This document shows, in pieces, positions 12,403 through 22,685 of a stretch of DNA of 64,000 bases (the first letter of the stretch is position 1; each line of letters starts with the position of its first letter). The translations under genes and the position numbers were made by a program. The stretch covers positions 62,001 through 126,000 of the forward strand of contig DLMY01000031.1 of the NCBI GenBank assembly GCA_002478275.1, given 5' to 3'. Origin of the DNA: Actinobacteria bacterium UBA7524 (GTDB lineage: Bacteria; Actinomycetota; Coriobacteriia; Anaerosomatales; UBA912). Under the pieces are notes generated by a model. The model worked only from the letters and a program-made list of their open reading frames with translations. It was not told the origin of the DNA and ran no database searches.

Positions 12403-13197
12403 GTGCCCGACGAGATCCATAACCCCGGTGCGACCGGAGTCTGCGCGGATGGCCGCAGAGCGGTCTTGAGGGCCGCTGGCGTAAGCAAGCGCTATATACT
12501 CGACGAGATCGTCGTGAACGCTCTCAACGGCGTAGACCTGTCGATCTGCGACGGGGAGATGCTTGCCATCATGGGCCCGTCGGGGTCGGGCAAGTCCACA
12601 CTGATGCACATCATCGGTCTGCTCGATCGCCCCACCGAAGGCACCGTCGTGGTCGAAGAAGAGGACGTCTCGCGCATGGCGCCCAATCAGCTGGCGGCGG
12701 TCCGTAACAAGCGCATCGGCTTCGTCTTCCAGGCGTTCAACCTACTCGCCCGTACCAGCGCGTTGGCCAACGTCGAGCTTCCATTGGTCTATGCTGGGAT
12801 GTCGGGTGCAGCGCGGGCGGAGCGGGCCAAGGCAGCCCTGGAGCAGGTCGGCCTCGGCGACCGGCTCGGCCATCATCCCAGTCAGCTGTCGGGCGGACAG
12901 CAGCAGAGAGTCGCGATCGCCCGGGCTCTGGTGACCGACCCAAGCATCGTCCTTGCCGACGAGCCGACCGGCAACCTCGACTCGCGTTCCGGCATCGAGG
13001 TCATGGTTATCTTGCAGCAGCTCAACGAGCAGGGCATCACGGTCGTCCTGGTCACGCACGACGAGAGTGTGGCTCGACACGCGCAGCGCATCGTCCACAT
13101 CGCTGACGGGCGGGTCGTGCGCGAAGAAATCCTAACCGAACGCATCTTCGCCGCCGACCGGATGAAGCTTCTCGACGCCGAGGAGAACCTGTCGTGA
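12403..13197 (+). CDS. ABC transporter ATP-binding protein (MacB/LolD family)
   Basis: [45 protein letters not shown]. Confidence 0.97.
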   Translation: MPDEIHNPGATGVCADGRRAVLRAAGVSKRYILDEIVVNALNGVDLSICDGEMLAIMGPSGSGKSTLMHIIGLLDRPTEGTVVVEEEDVSRMAPNQLAAVRNKRIGFVFQAFNLLARTSALANVELPLVYAGMSGAARAERAKAALEQVGLGDRLGHHPSQLSGGQQQRVAIARALVTDPSIVLADEPTGNLDSRSGIEVMVILQQLNEQGITVVLVTHDESVARHAQRIVHIADGRVVREEILTERIFAADRMKLLDAEENLS

Positions 13198-14387
13198 ACT
13201 TCCTGGAGAGCGTGCGGATAGCGATGCGGGCGCTTAACGCCAACAAGGTCAGGAGTGCGCTGACCATGCTTGGCGTCATCATCGGAGTCGCAGCGGTGAT
13301 TCTCCTGGTCGCCATAGGGACAGGCGTACAAGATGAGGTGACCGGCTCTATCGAGGGTCTCGGCAGCAATCTGATCTTCGTGTTCGCCGGCAACTTCGAA
13401 GAAGGCGGAAGCTCCGGCGGCGGCGGTATCGCGATACGCAAACAGTTCACGATAGACGACGCGGACATGCTGCAACGGCGTCTCGGTCCCGAAGAGCTGG
13501 TGGTGCCCCTGGTCCAAGGTCCCGCCATACTCAAGGCCGGGAACCGGACGATGCGCTCAACGCTCGCGGCGGGAAACGAGCACGCCGACGCAGTCTTCAC
13601 AGCCGAGTATCTGGGCGGGAGAGCCTATCGCAGGAGTGAAGTCGCCGCCGCGTCTCGAGTGGCCGTGATCGGCAGCACGGTGAGGGATCGCCTCTTTCCG
13701 CATGTGGACCCGGTTGGCCGCCAGATGAGCGTCAACGGTCAGCGCTTCACAGTCATCGGGCACGTCGCCTCGCAGGGCGGATCGCTGACGGGGGATCAGG
13801 ACAATCAGATCTACATCCCGGTGACCACGGCGCAGCGACTGCTAGGCTCCAGGGATGTGAGCTCGATCATCGTGCGTGCGTCGGATCCCGACAAGATCGA
13901 CGAGCTACAAGCCCAGATCAGGCAGGTCTTCACTCCATCATTCGGAGAGGAGTTCAGCGTATTCACCCAGGAACAGACGCTGGGAATACTCTCACAGCTT
14001 CTCGGAACGCTCACGGTCATGCTCGCGGGCATCGCGGGGATATCCCTGCTTGTCGGCGGGATCGGCATCATGAACATCATGCTCGTGAGTGTGAGCGAAC
14101 GCACCAGGGAGATAGGCATACGCAAGGCGGTCGGCGCCAAGACGTACGATATTCTTTCCCAGTTCGTGATCGAGGCGGTGGTGCTGTCAGTGGCTGGCGG
14201 CATGGTGGGGATCGCTCTGGGGTGGAGCGGTGCTCTTGTTCTGCAGCAGTGGGTGCCCACCGAGGTCACCGCGTGGGCGGTCGCGCTCGCATTCTTCTTC
14301 TCGGCGGCGGTAGGCGTGTTCTTCGGTGTGTACCCGGCGTACCGGGCGTCCCGTCTCGACCCGATCGTCGCCCTGCGCTACGAATAG
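13194..14387 (+). CDS. ABC transporter permease (MacB/FtsX family)
   Basis: [52 protein letters not shown]. Confidence 0.96.
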   Translation: MNFLESVRIAMRALNANKVRSALTMLGVIIGVAAVILLVAIGTGVQDEVTGSIEGLGSNLIFVFAGNFEEGGSSGGGGIAIRKQFTIDDADMLQRRLGPEELVVPLVQGPAILKAGNRTMRSTLAAGNEHADAVFTAEYLGGRAYRRSEVAAASRVAVIGSTVRDRLFPHVDPVGRQMSVNGQRFTVIGHVASQGGSLTGDQDNQIYIPVTTAQRLLGSRDVSSIIVRASDPDKIDELQAQIRQVFTPSFGEEFSVFTQEQTLGILSQLLGTLTVMLAGIAGISLLVGGIGIMNIMLVSVSERTREIGIRKAVGAKTYDILSQFVIEAVVLSVAGGMVGIALGWSGALVLQQWVPTEVTAWAVALAFFFSAAVGVFFGVYPAYRASRLDPIVALRYE

Positions 14388-14433
14388 GGACAGGCGTCCG
14401 GGGGCTCAGGGGCACCCGTGCTCAAACATACTC

Positions 14434-14458
14434 GAAGGGCCGCTATCGCGGCCCTTCT
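14434..14458. terminator. Hairpin between convergent genes
   Basis: GAAGGGCCGC-TATC-GCGGCCCTTC inverted repeat; weak U-tract. Confidence 0.5.
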
Positions 14459-14495
14459 GCGTAACTGCGCGCGGGATCCCTGAGCCCGCGGCCGC

Positions 14496-14993
14496 TTAAC
14501 CCTGGAAGTCGCTGGGGTCGACCTGCTCGAGGAAGTCGCGGAACTGCTCGACTTCCGCCTCCTCGTCGACCTCGACCTCGACCTCGGCGAGGACGGCCGC
14601 CTCCTTCATGACTTCCTCGGCGACGTAGATCGGAGAGCCGGTTCTCACGGCCAGTGCGATGGAGTCGCTGGGGCGGGCGTCTATCGCGACGCTGTGCTCC
14701 TCGCCCCGCAAGACGAGGGCTGCGTAGAACGTGCCCTCTTCCAGCCGCGTGATCTCGACGCGCTCGATGATATGGCCGAACGAGGTTATGACGTTGTGGA
14801 GCAGGTCGTGCGTCATGGGCCGCGGCGGCTCGACATCCTGCAGTGCGAGCAGAATCGCGGTGGCCTCGGGGTGGCCGATCCAGATGGGGAGCAGGCGCGC
14901 CTCGGAGCCCTCCTCGTCGACGGGTCTCAAGATGATCACCGGCTGGTTGGAGACTGCGTCCACCGATAGTGACGCTATCCGTACATGTATCAT
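14496..14993 (-). CDS. Bifunctional nuclease family (DUF151) protein
   Basis: LPIWIGHPEATAI, RPMTHDL, IDARPSDSIALA. Confidence 0.93.
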   Translation of the reverse strand: MIHVRIASLSVDAVSNQPVIILRPVDEEGSEARLLPIWIGHPEATAILLALQDVEPPRPMTHDLLHNVITSFGHIIERVEITRLEEGTFYAALVLRGEEHSVAIDARPSDSIALAVRTGSPIYVAEEVMKEAAVLAEVEVEVDEEAEVEQFRDFLEQVDPSDFQG

Positions 14994-15101
14994 GACGCAC
15001 CTCCTCTCTGGCTTCTTGTTAGGTAGGTTCCACTATCATACTGGAAGCAACCGGCATCACGGTTTGTGGCCGGTCGGGCATGGACAGGCAGGGGAGGAGC
15101 C

Positions 15102-15518
15102 ATGACACGAATCGAGTTACGTACGACAGCTCGCGAGGAACTGGTCGACGTCACCGATCAGGTCGTGGCGTCGGTGCGCGCCAGCGGGGTCACCGAGGGG
15201 TGGGCACTCGTCTACTGCCCGCATACGACGGCCGGAGTGACGATCAACGAGAACGCCGATCCGGATGTAGGACAGGACCTTCTCGACGGGTTACGCCGGC
15301 TCGCGCCGCGCGACGGCGGGTGGAGGCACCGGGAAGGCAACTCAGACGGACACCTGAAAGCGTCGCTTGTGGGCGCCAGCGTCATGGTGCCGGTCGAGGG
15401 TGGCCGTCTTGCGCTCGGGACGTGGCAGGGCGTGTACTTCTGCGAGTTCGACGGGCCGAGGACACGCGCGCTCAGCGTGACGGTTTCGGTTGCCGAGACG
15501 AACACGAGGCAGGCCTAG
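15102..15518 (+). CDS. yjbQ: YjbQ/UPF0047 family protein
   Basis: PHTTAGVTINENADPDV, HREGNSDGHLKASL, LGTWQGVYFCEFDGPR; GGAGGAG RBS before ATG 15102. Confidence 0.93.
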   Translation: MTRIELRTTAREELVDVTDQVVASVRASGVTEGWALVYCPHTTAGVTINENADPDVGQDLLDGLRRLAPRDGGWRHREGNSDGHLKASLVGASVMVPVEGGRLALGTWQGVYFCEFDGPRTRALSVTVSVAETNTRQA

Positions 15519-16264
15519 TCAGGCTTGCGCGCCTCCAGCACGAGCGTTTCGAACAGCGCCAAGGAAGCGTTCCCGATGTTGTCGCCGTGCGATTCGAGGC
15601 CTCGGAATTCCTCGCAATCGGACTCGCCGCACTCATGGCGCGAGATGCTGGTGAAGCCGCACGCCTCCAATGCGCGTTCGAGCAGGTCTGCATCCCAGAG
15701 GACCTGGTGACCCCAGTTACCGTACGCATTGGCGAGAATACGTGCCGGATGCGAATCGAGTTCGCACTCACCGGTCATCTGCGGAGCGGGCAGGAAATCT
15801 CGCGCGATACACTCGCGGTACTCCCTGTTCGCGGGCTCGTCCGGCTCCACATAGACGCCAAGGAGAACCTCGAGGTCGGGAGTCGCGATCCGCAGCGCCC
15901 CGCCCGGCTTCAGAACACGGTGGCACTCTTCGAGCATGGCGACCGCACCGCCCCAGGGAACATGCTCGATCATGTGCTCGCTGTAGACGTAGTCGAAAGT
16001 CGCGTCGCCGAATGGGAATCGTTTCGTCGCGTTCATGTAGATGCTTCCGGGGCCGGGACGGATGTCCGTGCGCAACCATCCGGCTGCCATGCTCGGCCCC
16101 GAACCGATGTCGAGCTTATGGACGTCGTGGCTGTTCAGGTAGCGCTGTATCCGCCAGCGACGACCCAGGGGCCCGAGCCCGCTCAACCAGGCGGATACGT
16201 CGCGGCAGTCGCACGCCATGCCGATCAGCGTGTTCGAACGTAAGGCAAGAGTCCTGATGCTCAA
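15515..16264 (-). CDS. Class I SAM-dependent methyltransferase (Methyltransf_11-like)
   Basis: KLDIGSG, FDYVYSEHMIEHV, ECHRVLKPGGALRIATPD; start uncertain (TTG 16264 after GAGGTG). Confidence 0.85.
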   Translation of the reverse strand: MSIRTLALRSNTLIGMACDCRDVSAWLSGLGPLGRRWRIQRYLNSHDVHKLDIGSGPSMAAGWLRTDIRPGPGSIYMNATKRFPFGDATFDYVYSEHMIEHVPWGGAVAMLEECHRVLKPGGALRIATPDLEVLLGVYVEPDEPANREYRECIARDFLPAPQMTGECELDSHPARILANAYGNWGHQVLWDADLLERALEACGFTSISRHECGESDCEEFRGLESHGDNIGNASLALFETLVLEARKPD

Positions 16265-16364
16265 AAGGTCACCTCTCGGACTTGCGCAACGGCAGTTCCG
16301 TCGGTCAGGGCCACGAGAGACATGATACCCGCTTCGCGTCCGGCGACGAGGCATCCTGGATGAT

Positions 16365-16394
16365 TTGACGCTTCCGTCGCTGCTCGGGTATGGT
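16365..16394 (+). promoter_or_regulatory. Housekeeping-sigma promoter of tRNA-Ile
   Basis: TTGACG-N18-TATGGT about 20 nt upstream of the tRNA. Confidence 0.6.
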
Positions 16395-16415
16395 ATCGAA
16401 GCTTGTTCGCAAGCC

Positions 16416-16492
16416 GGGCCCGTAGCTCAGTTGGTTAGAGCGCACGGCTGATAACCGTGAGGTCACTGGTTCGAATCCAGTCGGGCCCACCA
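16416..16492 (+). tRNA. tRNA-Ile(GAT)
   Basis: Cloverleaf: GGGCCCG/CGGGCCC acceptor, TAGCTCAGTTGGTTAGAGC D-arm, CTGATAA anticodon loop, TTCGAAT T-loop, encoded CCA. Confidence 0.98.
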
Positions 16493-16504
16493 TCACAGTG
16501 AACG

Positions 16505-16539
16505 AACGCCCCTTCGCGGCCATACGCGACGGGGCGTTT
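16505..16539. terminator. Terminator hairpin after tRNA-Ile / convergent ybaN
   Basis: AACGCCCC...GGGGCGTT inverted repeat with inner TCGCG/CGCGA. Confidence 0.7.
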
Positions 16540-16540
16540 G

Positions 16541-16912
16541 TCATTCGGAAGTCGGCAGCCCGACCAGGTAAAGGGTCACGCTCACCGCGATCACGATGAG
16601 CAGAAGGTCTATCCAGAAGAACGGGACGAAGAATGCGATGCTCGCCAGGATGCTCGCCCACATCGTGCCGATAGCGACCCACTTCGTGGAACGTCTGAGC
16701 CCCTTGCCCGCGAAGTAATCGCGCACCTGAGGGCCGTACTTCGGGTGTGTAAGCAGCCAGCGATGCAGACGCTCCGAGCTCCTCAGGAAGCATGCCGCCG
16801 CCACCAGCATGAACGGCGTGGTCGGCAATACCGGGAAGATAGCGCCGATGGCGCCCAGCGTGAATGCCGTCCAGCCGCAAAGCAGCAGAAGATATCTCGT
16901 CACGGTGCGCAT
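16541..16912 (-). CDS. YbaN/DUF454 family membrane protein
   Basis: LGAIGAIFPVLPTTPFMLVAAACFLRSSERLHRWLL; TAGACT -10 six nt before ATG suggests a leaderless start. Confidence 0.93.
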   Translation of the reverse strand: MRTVTRYLLLLCGWTAFTLGAIGAIFPVLPTTPFMLVAAACFLRSSERLHRWLLTHPKYGPQVRDYFAGKGLRRSTKWVAIGTMWASILASIAFFVPFFWIDLLLIVIAVSVTLYLVGLPTSE

Positions 16913-16943
16913 GCGACGAGTCTACCAGGCAAGCGAGATGGGC

Positions 16944-18251
<1,308 letters not shown>

Positions 18252-18258
18252 AGAAGAT

Positions 18259-18331
18259 CTCCTTTCGTGTGCGCCACATCGGGATCGCACTGCGGGTAGA
18301 CGCAGTCGACGTGAGGCTCACACGAGGGGAG
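18259..18331 (-). promoter_or_regulatory. Structured 5' leader occluding the helicase RBS
   Basis: Nested stems CTCC/GGAG, TCGTGTG/CACACGA, CACGTCG/CGATGTG, ACTGCG/CGCAGT; TATACT -10 at 18380-18375. Confidence 0.6.
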
Positions 18332-18450
18332 TCAGAGGACAACCGAGTCTTGGGGTGTTGCGAACAACCCGCCGAGTATAGCCGCTTACGAGCGGAAAAG
18401 CGAATCGGGTCATCTGACGCGAGGCGAAAGCGCGCCCGGAAGCGGTCCCC

Positions 18451-19656
18451 CTACGGCTCCAGCGTCACCTGCATCACGTCGATCACGCCGTTGCGAAAGC
18501 CGGTGCGGCAGTAGGCGAGGTAGTAGCGCCACATGCGCACGAAGCGCTCGTCGAAGCCCATCGCCCGCACCTCGGGCAGGACCTGCTCGAACCGCTCGAG
18601 CCACTTCTCGAGCGTGGCGGCGTAGCACGGGCCGAAGAACTCCGGCTCACCGACGCGCAGTCCAACGTCCGACGCGGCTCGCTCGAAGCGCTCCGGCGAA
18701 GGCAGCATGCCGCCCGGGAAGATATAGCGCTGGATGAAGTCCGGATGGGTCCGGTAGTGCTCGAAGGTATCCTCGGCGATGGTGATGGTCTGTATGGCCG
18801 CCCGGCCTCCCGCATCGAGAAGCTCACGCATCCGCCCGAAGAACACCGGCCACCACCGCTCGCCCACGGCCTCGAACATTTCGATCGATGCGATGCCGTC
18901 GAATCGCCCGGGAACGGCGCGGTAGTCCTGCAGCCGGATGTCGATCAGGCCGTCGAGTCCTTCCTCGGCGATGCGGCGGCGGGCCCAGTCGTGCTGTTGC
19001 TGCGAGAGCGTGACTCCGGTGACCTTGCAGCCGGCCTCGCGCGCGGCGTGCATCGCGAAGCCGCCCCATCCGCAGCCGATCTCGAGCAGGTGGTCGCCAC
19101 GCGACGGTTGAAGCAGGCCGAGGAGAGCGTCCCACTTGCGACGCTGCGCCTGGGCGAGGGAGTCGGCCTCGCACGTGCCGGGCGGGTCGAACATGGCGGC
19201 CGAGTACGTCATGTCCTCGTCGAGCCACAGCTCGTAGAAGTCGTTGCCCAGGTCGTAGTGGTACTTGATGTTGCGGCGCGAGCCGGACGGGTGGTTGTCG
19301 CGCAGGCGGTGCAGCAGCCGTTGCAGGGGCGCGGCGAGGTCCGGGAGCCGCGGCAGCGAGTCGGCGCGCGCGAGGTTCTCCATCCCCAGCTCGAGGACCG
19401 CGCCGAGGTCGGGGGTGTCCCAGTCCTGCTCCATGTAGCCTTCGGCGAGGCCAAGGGCTCCTCGGCGGATGATACGGCGCGCGGCGGCGGCGGAGTGCAC
19501 GTCTACGCGGGCATCGGGGCCGGGAGCCGCGCCTTCGTAGTGGCGCTCGCCGCCTGGCCACGAGAGCTCGAGCGAGCCTGCGGGCATGCGAGCGAGCAGC
19601 GGGTCTAGCGCCCGCACGGACAGCGGCATCCCTCGTGTGCTGCCGGTCGCGCTCAC
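18451..19656 (-). CDS. Cyclopropane-fatty-acyl-phospholipid synthase family methyltransferase (Cfa/UfaM-like)
   Basis: HYDLGNDFY, MTYS, LEIGCGWG, SIEMFEAVG, FIQRYIFPGGMLPS; GTG overlaps upstream stop. Confidence 0.95.
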   Translation of the reverse strand: MSATGSTRGMPLSVRALDPLLARMPAGSLELSWPGGERHYEGAAPGPDARVDVHSAAAARRIIRRGALGLAEGYMEQDWDTPDLGAVLELGMENLARADSLPRLPDLAAPLQRLLHRLRDNHPSGSRRNIKYHYDLGNDFYELWLDEDMTYSAAMFDPPGTCEADSLAQAQRRKWDALLGLLQPSRGDHLLEIGCGWGGFAMHAAREAGCKVTGVTLSQQQHDWARRRIAEEGLDGLIDIRLQDYRAVPGRFDGIASIEMFEAVGERWWPVFFGRMRELLDAGGRAAIQTITIAEDTFEHYRTHPDFIQRYIFPGGMLPSPERFERAASDVGLRVGEPEFFGPCYAATLEKWLERFEQVLPEVRAMGFDERFVRMWRYYLAYCRTGFRNGVIDVMQVTLEP

Positions 19657-20414
19657 GTGGTCTCCTTGTCGGGCGGTGGTGGTTGCGGGACGAACCAGAT
19701 CCGCTTCGAGATGATCTTGAGCGCCTGGAAGTGGATGAGCAGCCATGCTCGAAGCGAGATCGGGCCATACCGGGCCACGGTGCGAAACAGGTTCGCGTCG
19801 GTGAGCTCGCGTGCGTGCAGCGCGACAGAGGCGATGAGGAGCAGAGGCCCCTTCACGTAATCGTAGATTGAGACGGCGAGCTTCTCGCCGGGGACCGAGA
19901 AGTGGAATTCGTAGCGCGCGTCGATGTCGATGAACGGCGAGACGTGGAAGACCTTGACCTTCTCGGGGCGAGTGGTCGCAAGGTCCATCGGCCGGCCGCC
20001 GTCGTGCATGAGGTAGTTGTGGTGTCCGCCGAAGGTGTTGCGGACCTCGGCGAGAATCGCCCGGATGCCGCCATCGGCGCCGAAACAGTACCAGAAGCTC
20101 ACCGGGTAGAACCCGAAGCCGACCACGCGCGGGAACGTCAGCAGGCAGACCCGGCCGCCGGTAAGGTCGACGTCCGCCTCGGCGAGCAGCGCATCGATCC
20201 AGGGGCGAAGCGCACTGCCGTCCCTGGGTCCGTGGTCGCGGTCGCGTACTCTGACCAGCCCGCCGCGGTTGTGCCCGAACCAGCGCAGCGAGCGGCTGAG
20301 CTCGTCGAGCTCGTCGAGGTCGACGTAGACGTAGTAGATCCCGTAGCGGAAGCGGTTGCGTCGGGGGATCTTGCGGTCATGTGCCACATGCCCCACGTAA
20401 AGGCGGCTGTTCAT
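19653..20414 (-). CDS. DUF1365 family protein (UfaO-like)
   Basis: LYVGHVAHDR..P.RNRFRY, LLTFPRVVGFGFYPVSFWYC, EVRNTFG, KVFHVSPF. Confidence 0.93.
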   Translation of the reverse strand: MNSRLYVGHVAHDRKIPRRNRFRYGIYYVYVDLDELDELSRSLRWFGHNRGGLVRVRDRDHGPRDGSALRPWIDALLAEADVDLTGGRVCLLTFPRVVGFGFYPVSFWYCFGADGGIRAILAEVRNTFGGHHNYLMHDGGRPMDLATTRPEKVKVFHVSPFIDIDARYEFHFSVPGEKLAVSIYDYVKGPLLLIASVALHARELTDANLFRTVARYGPISLRAWLLIHFQALKIISKRIWFVPQPPPPDKETT

Positions 20415-21730
20415 CGCACGCGCGGTCTTTCTCCGAGGACGGCTGTGCGGGCCTCATCGAGCTCATCGCCCCATGGAAGTGTTGCGCCGAGGAACCTTTC
20501 GGCGACCCGGACCGCAGAGAGCATGCCGTCCTCGTGGAACCCGTAGCGGGTCCACGCGCCCGCGTAGTACAGGCCGCCCGCGCCCTGGATCTCGCCCAGA
20601 CGCTTCTGCGCCGCGATGGCGTCTGCCGAGTACATCGGGTGGTCGAAGACCATGCGGGCAAGTTCGGTTCCGGGGGCCGGTGGGCGGTGTTCGTTGAGCG
20701 TCTCGATGACGGGGGTGTCGACGGGAAGCGATTGCAGGCGGTTGAGGTAGTACGACAGCACGAGCATGTCTTTGGTGATGTCGCCCGTGGCGGCATACCA
20801 GTTCCAGCCCGACCAGGCCTTGCGGTGTTTCGGCAGGAAGCCCGGGTCGGTGTGGAGCACGATCGGGTTGGGCCAGAAACGGAAGGCACCGAGTACCTCG
20901 CGCTCGGCAGGCGACGCTCCATCGCCCAGCATCTCGAGCGTCTGAGGGGGGTGGCTCGCCAGGATCGCTGCGTCGTAGACCTCGGAACGGCGCGAGGTGT
21001 GCACGCGCACGCCTGTCGTGATGCGCTCGATGCGCTCGACGGGCTCCTCGGCATGGACCTCGCCGCTGAACGTGCGTGCCGCCGCCTCGACGTAGCGTTT
21101 GCTGCCGCCGGTCACGCTGCGCCAGATCGGCTTGCCGGTGATGTGGAGCAACCCGTGGTTGTCGCAGAAGCGCAGGAAGGTCGCGGCCGGGTAGTCTAGC
21201 ATCTCACCCGGCGGTGTCGACCAGATCGCGTCGCCCATCGGGATGAGGTACCAGTCGGTGAAGCCGCCGCTGTAGCCTTCACGCTGGAGCAGCTGGCCCA
21301 GCGTAAGGCCCTCGACGGTGGGGTCGTGCAGCAGGCGGTCGGCATCGCGCGAGAAGCGCACGATATCGGCGAGCATCTTGAGGAACTTCGGGTTCACGAT
21401 GTTCTTTCGCTGGGCGAAGATCGAGTCGAGGCTGTCGCCTGACCACTCGATGTCGTCGCCTTCGATGTGGACGGAAAAGGACATGTCGGACTCGGTGTGC
21501 GCGATGCCGAGCCGTTCGAAGAAGCGGACGATGTTGGGATAGGTGCGTTCGTTGTAGACCATGAAGCCGGCGTCGACCGCGAAGGTCTGTCCATCGACGG
21601 TGACGTCGACGGTGCGGGCGTGGCCTCCGAGCCAGTCCTCGGCCTCGTAGAGGTCGACGGTGTGCTCGGGAGATAGGAGCCACGTAGAGGCGATACCCGC
21701 GATCCCGGCGCCCGCGACTGCGATCCGCAC
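20411..21730 (-). CDS. FAD-dependent oxidoreductase, COG2907/UfaD-like
   Basis: GAGIAG, GGHARTV, VDAGFMVYNERTYPN, GAWTRYGFHEDG. Confidence 0.93.
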   Translation of the reverse strand: MRIAVAGAGIAGIASTWLLSPEHTVDLYEAEDWLGGHARTVDVTVDGQTFAVDAGFMVYNERTYPNIVRFFERLGIAHTESDMSFSVHIEGDDIEWSGDSLDSIFAQRKNIVNPKFLKMLADIVRFSRDADRLLHDPTVEGLTLGQLLQREGYSGGFTDWYLIPMGDAIWSTPPGEMLDYPAATFLRFCDNHGLLHITGKPIWRSVTGGSKRYVEAAARTFSGEVHAEEPVERIERITTGVRVHTSRRSEVYDAAILASHPPQTLEMLGDGASPAEREVLGAFRFWPNPIVLHTDPGFLPKHRKAWSGWNWYAATGDITKDMLVLSYYLNRLQSLPVDTPVIETLNEHRPPAPGTELARMVFDHPMYSADAIAAQKRLGEIQGAGGLYYAGAWTRYGFHEDGMLSAVRVAERFLGATLPWGDELDEARTAVLGERPRVR

Positions 21731-21812
21731 GACTAGACCTCCGTAGATAGGGGACTATACGGGTAGTGATTCCCAAATCACGTGCGAGAACATCGCGAAC
21801 CAGGAGGCGCGC

Positions 21813-22634
21813 ATGCCGCTCATAGTCATCACAGGGGTGTCGACCGGCATCGGCCGGGCGTGCGCCGAGCTCTATGCGCGCAGGGGCTGGCAGGTCGTAG
21901 GCACCGCGCGCGACCCGGGGCGGCTTGGCGACATCGCCTGGCCCGGGCCGGGAAGCGTGCACCTCGAGCCGCTCGACCTGGAGGCGGTGGGCTCGGGGGC
22001 CGGATTCGCCCAGGCCGTGCTGGAGCGCTACGGCGCGCCAGAGGTCGTGCTGGCCAACGCCGGGATGGTGCAGTTCGGGCCCGTGGAGGCCGCGCCCGCG
22101 GCGGAGATCGAGCGCATCTTCCGGGTCAACACCTTCGAGCAGGTCGGCATGGCGACGGCGTTCGTCCCCGCGATGCGGGAGCGCGGCAGCGGCACGCTGG
22201 CGTTCGTCACCTCGCTCGGCGGGCGCATGACCTTTCCGTTCTTCGCGGTCTACAACGCGAGCAAACACGCGATGGAAGGCTTCTCCGAAGGGCTGTGGCA
22301 CGAACTCAGAAGCTCCGGCATCCGCGTCAAGGCGATCGAGCCGGGCTTCGTGGAGACCGCCATCTGGGGCAAGGCGCTGCCCTCCGACCCCGGCGAGCTT
22401 GATGCGCCTGCCGCGTACCGCGAGCAGATGCTCGCCATGCTGCGCTTCGAGGCGGGCATCTCAAGCCGCACCACGCCTGAGCGCTCTGCCGAGGAGATCG
22501 CCCGCGCTCTCGACGATCCCGGCGACCGGCTACGCTATCCGGTCGCGGCGTACGCGCGTCCTTTACTGGCGGCCCGCCGACTGTTCGGCGATCAACGGAT
22601 GATGCGCTTCTTCCACCGTCGCTGGCTGGGGTGA
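21813..22634 (+). CDS. Short-chain dehydrogenase/reductase
   Basis: TGVSTGIG, NAG, YNASK, IEPGFVET. Confidence 0.93.
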   Translation: MPLIVITGVSTGIGRACAELYARRGWQVVGTARDPGRLGDIAWPGPGSVHLEPLDLEAVGSGAGFAQAVLERYGAPEVVLANAGMVQFGPVEAAPAAEIERIFRVNTFEQVGMATAFVPAMRERGSGTLAFVTSLGGRMTFPFFAVYNASKHAMEGFSEGLWHELRSSGIRVKAIEPGFVETAIWGKALPSDPGELDAPAAYREQMLAMLRFEAGISSRTTPERSAEEIARALDDPGDRLRYPVAAYARPLLAARRLFGDQRMMRFFHRRWLG

Positions 22635-22685
22635 GCCGTCGCGGGCTGTTGCGCCGGCACGCCCCTCGCCGCCGAGCGCCCGCCT

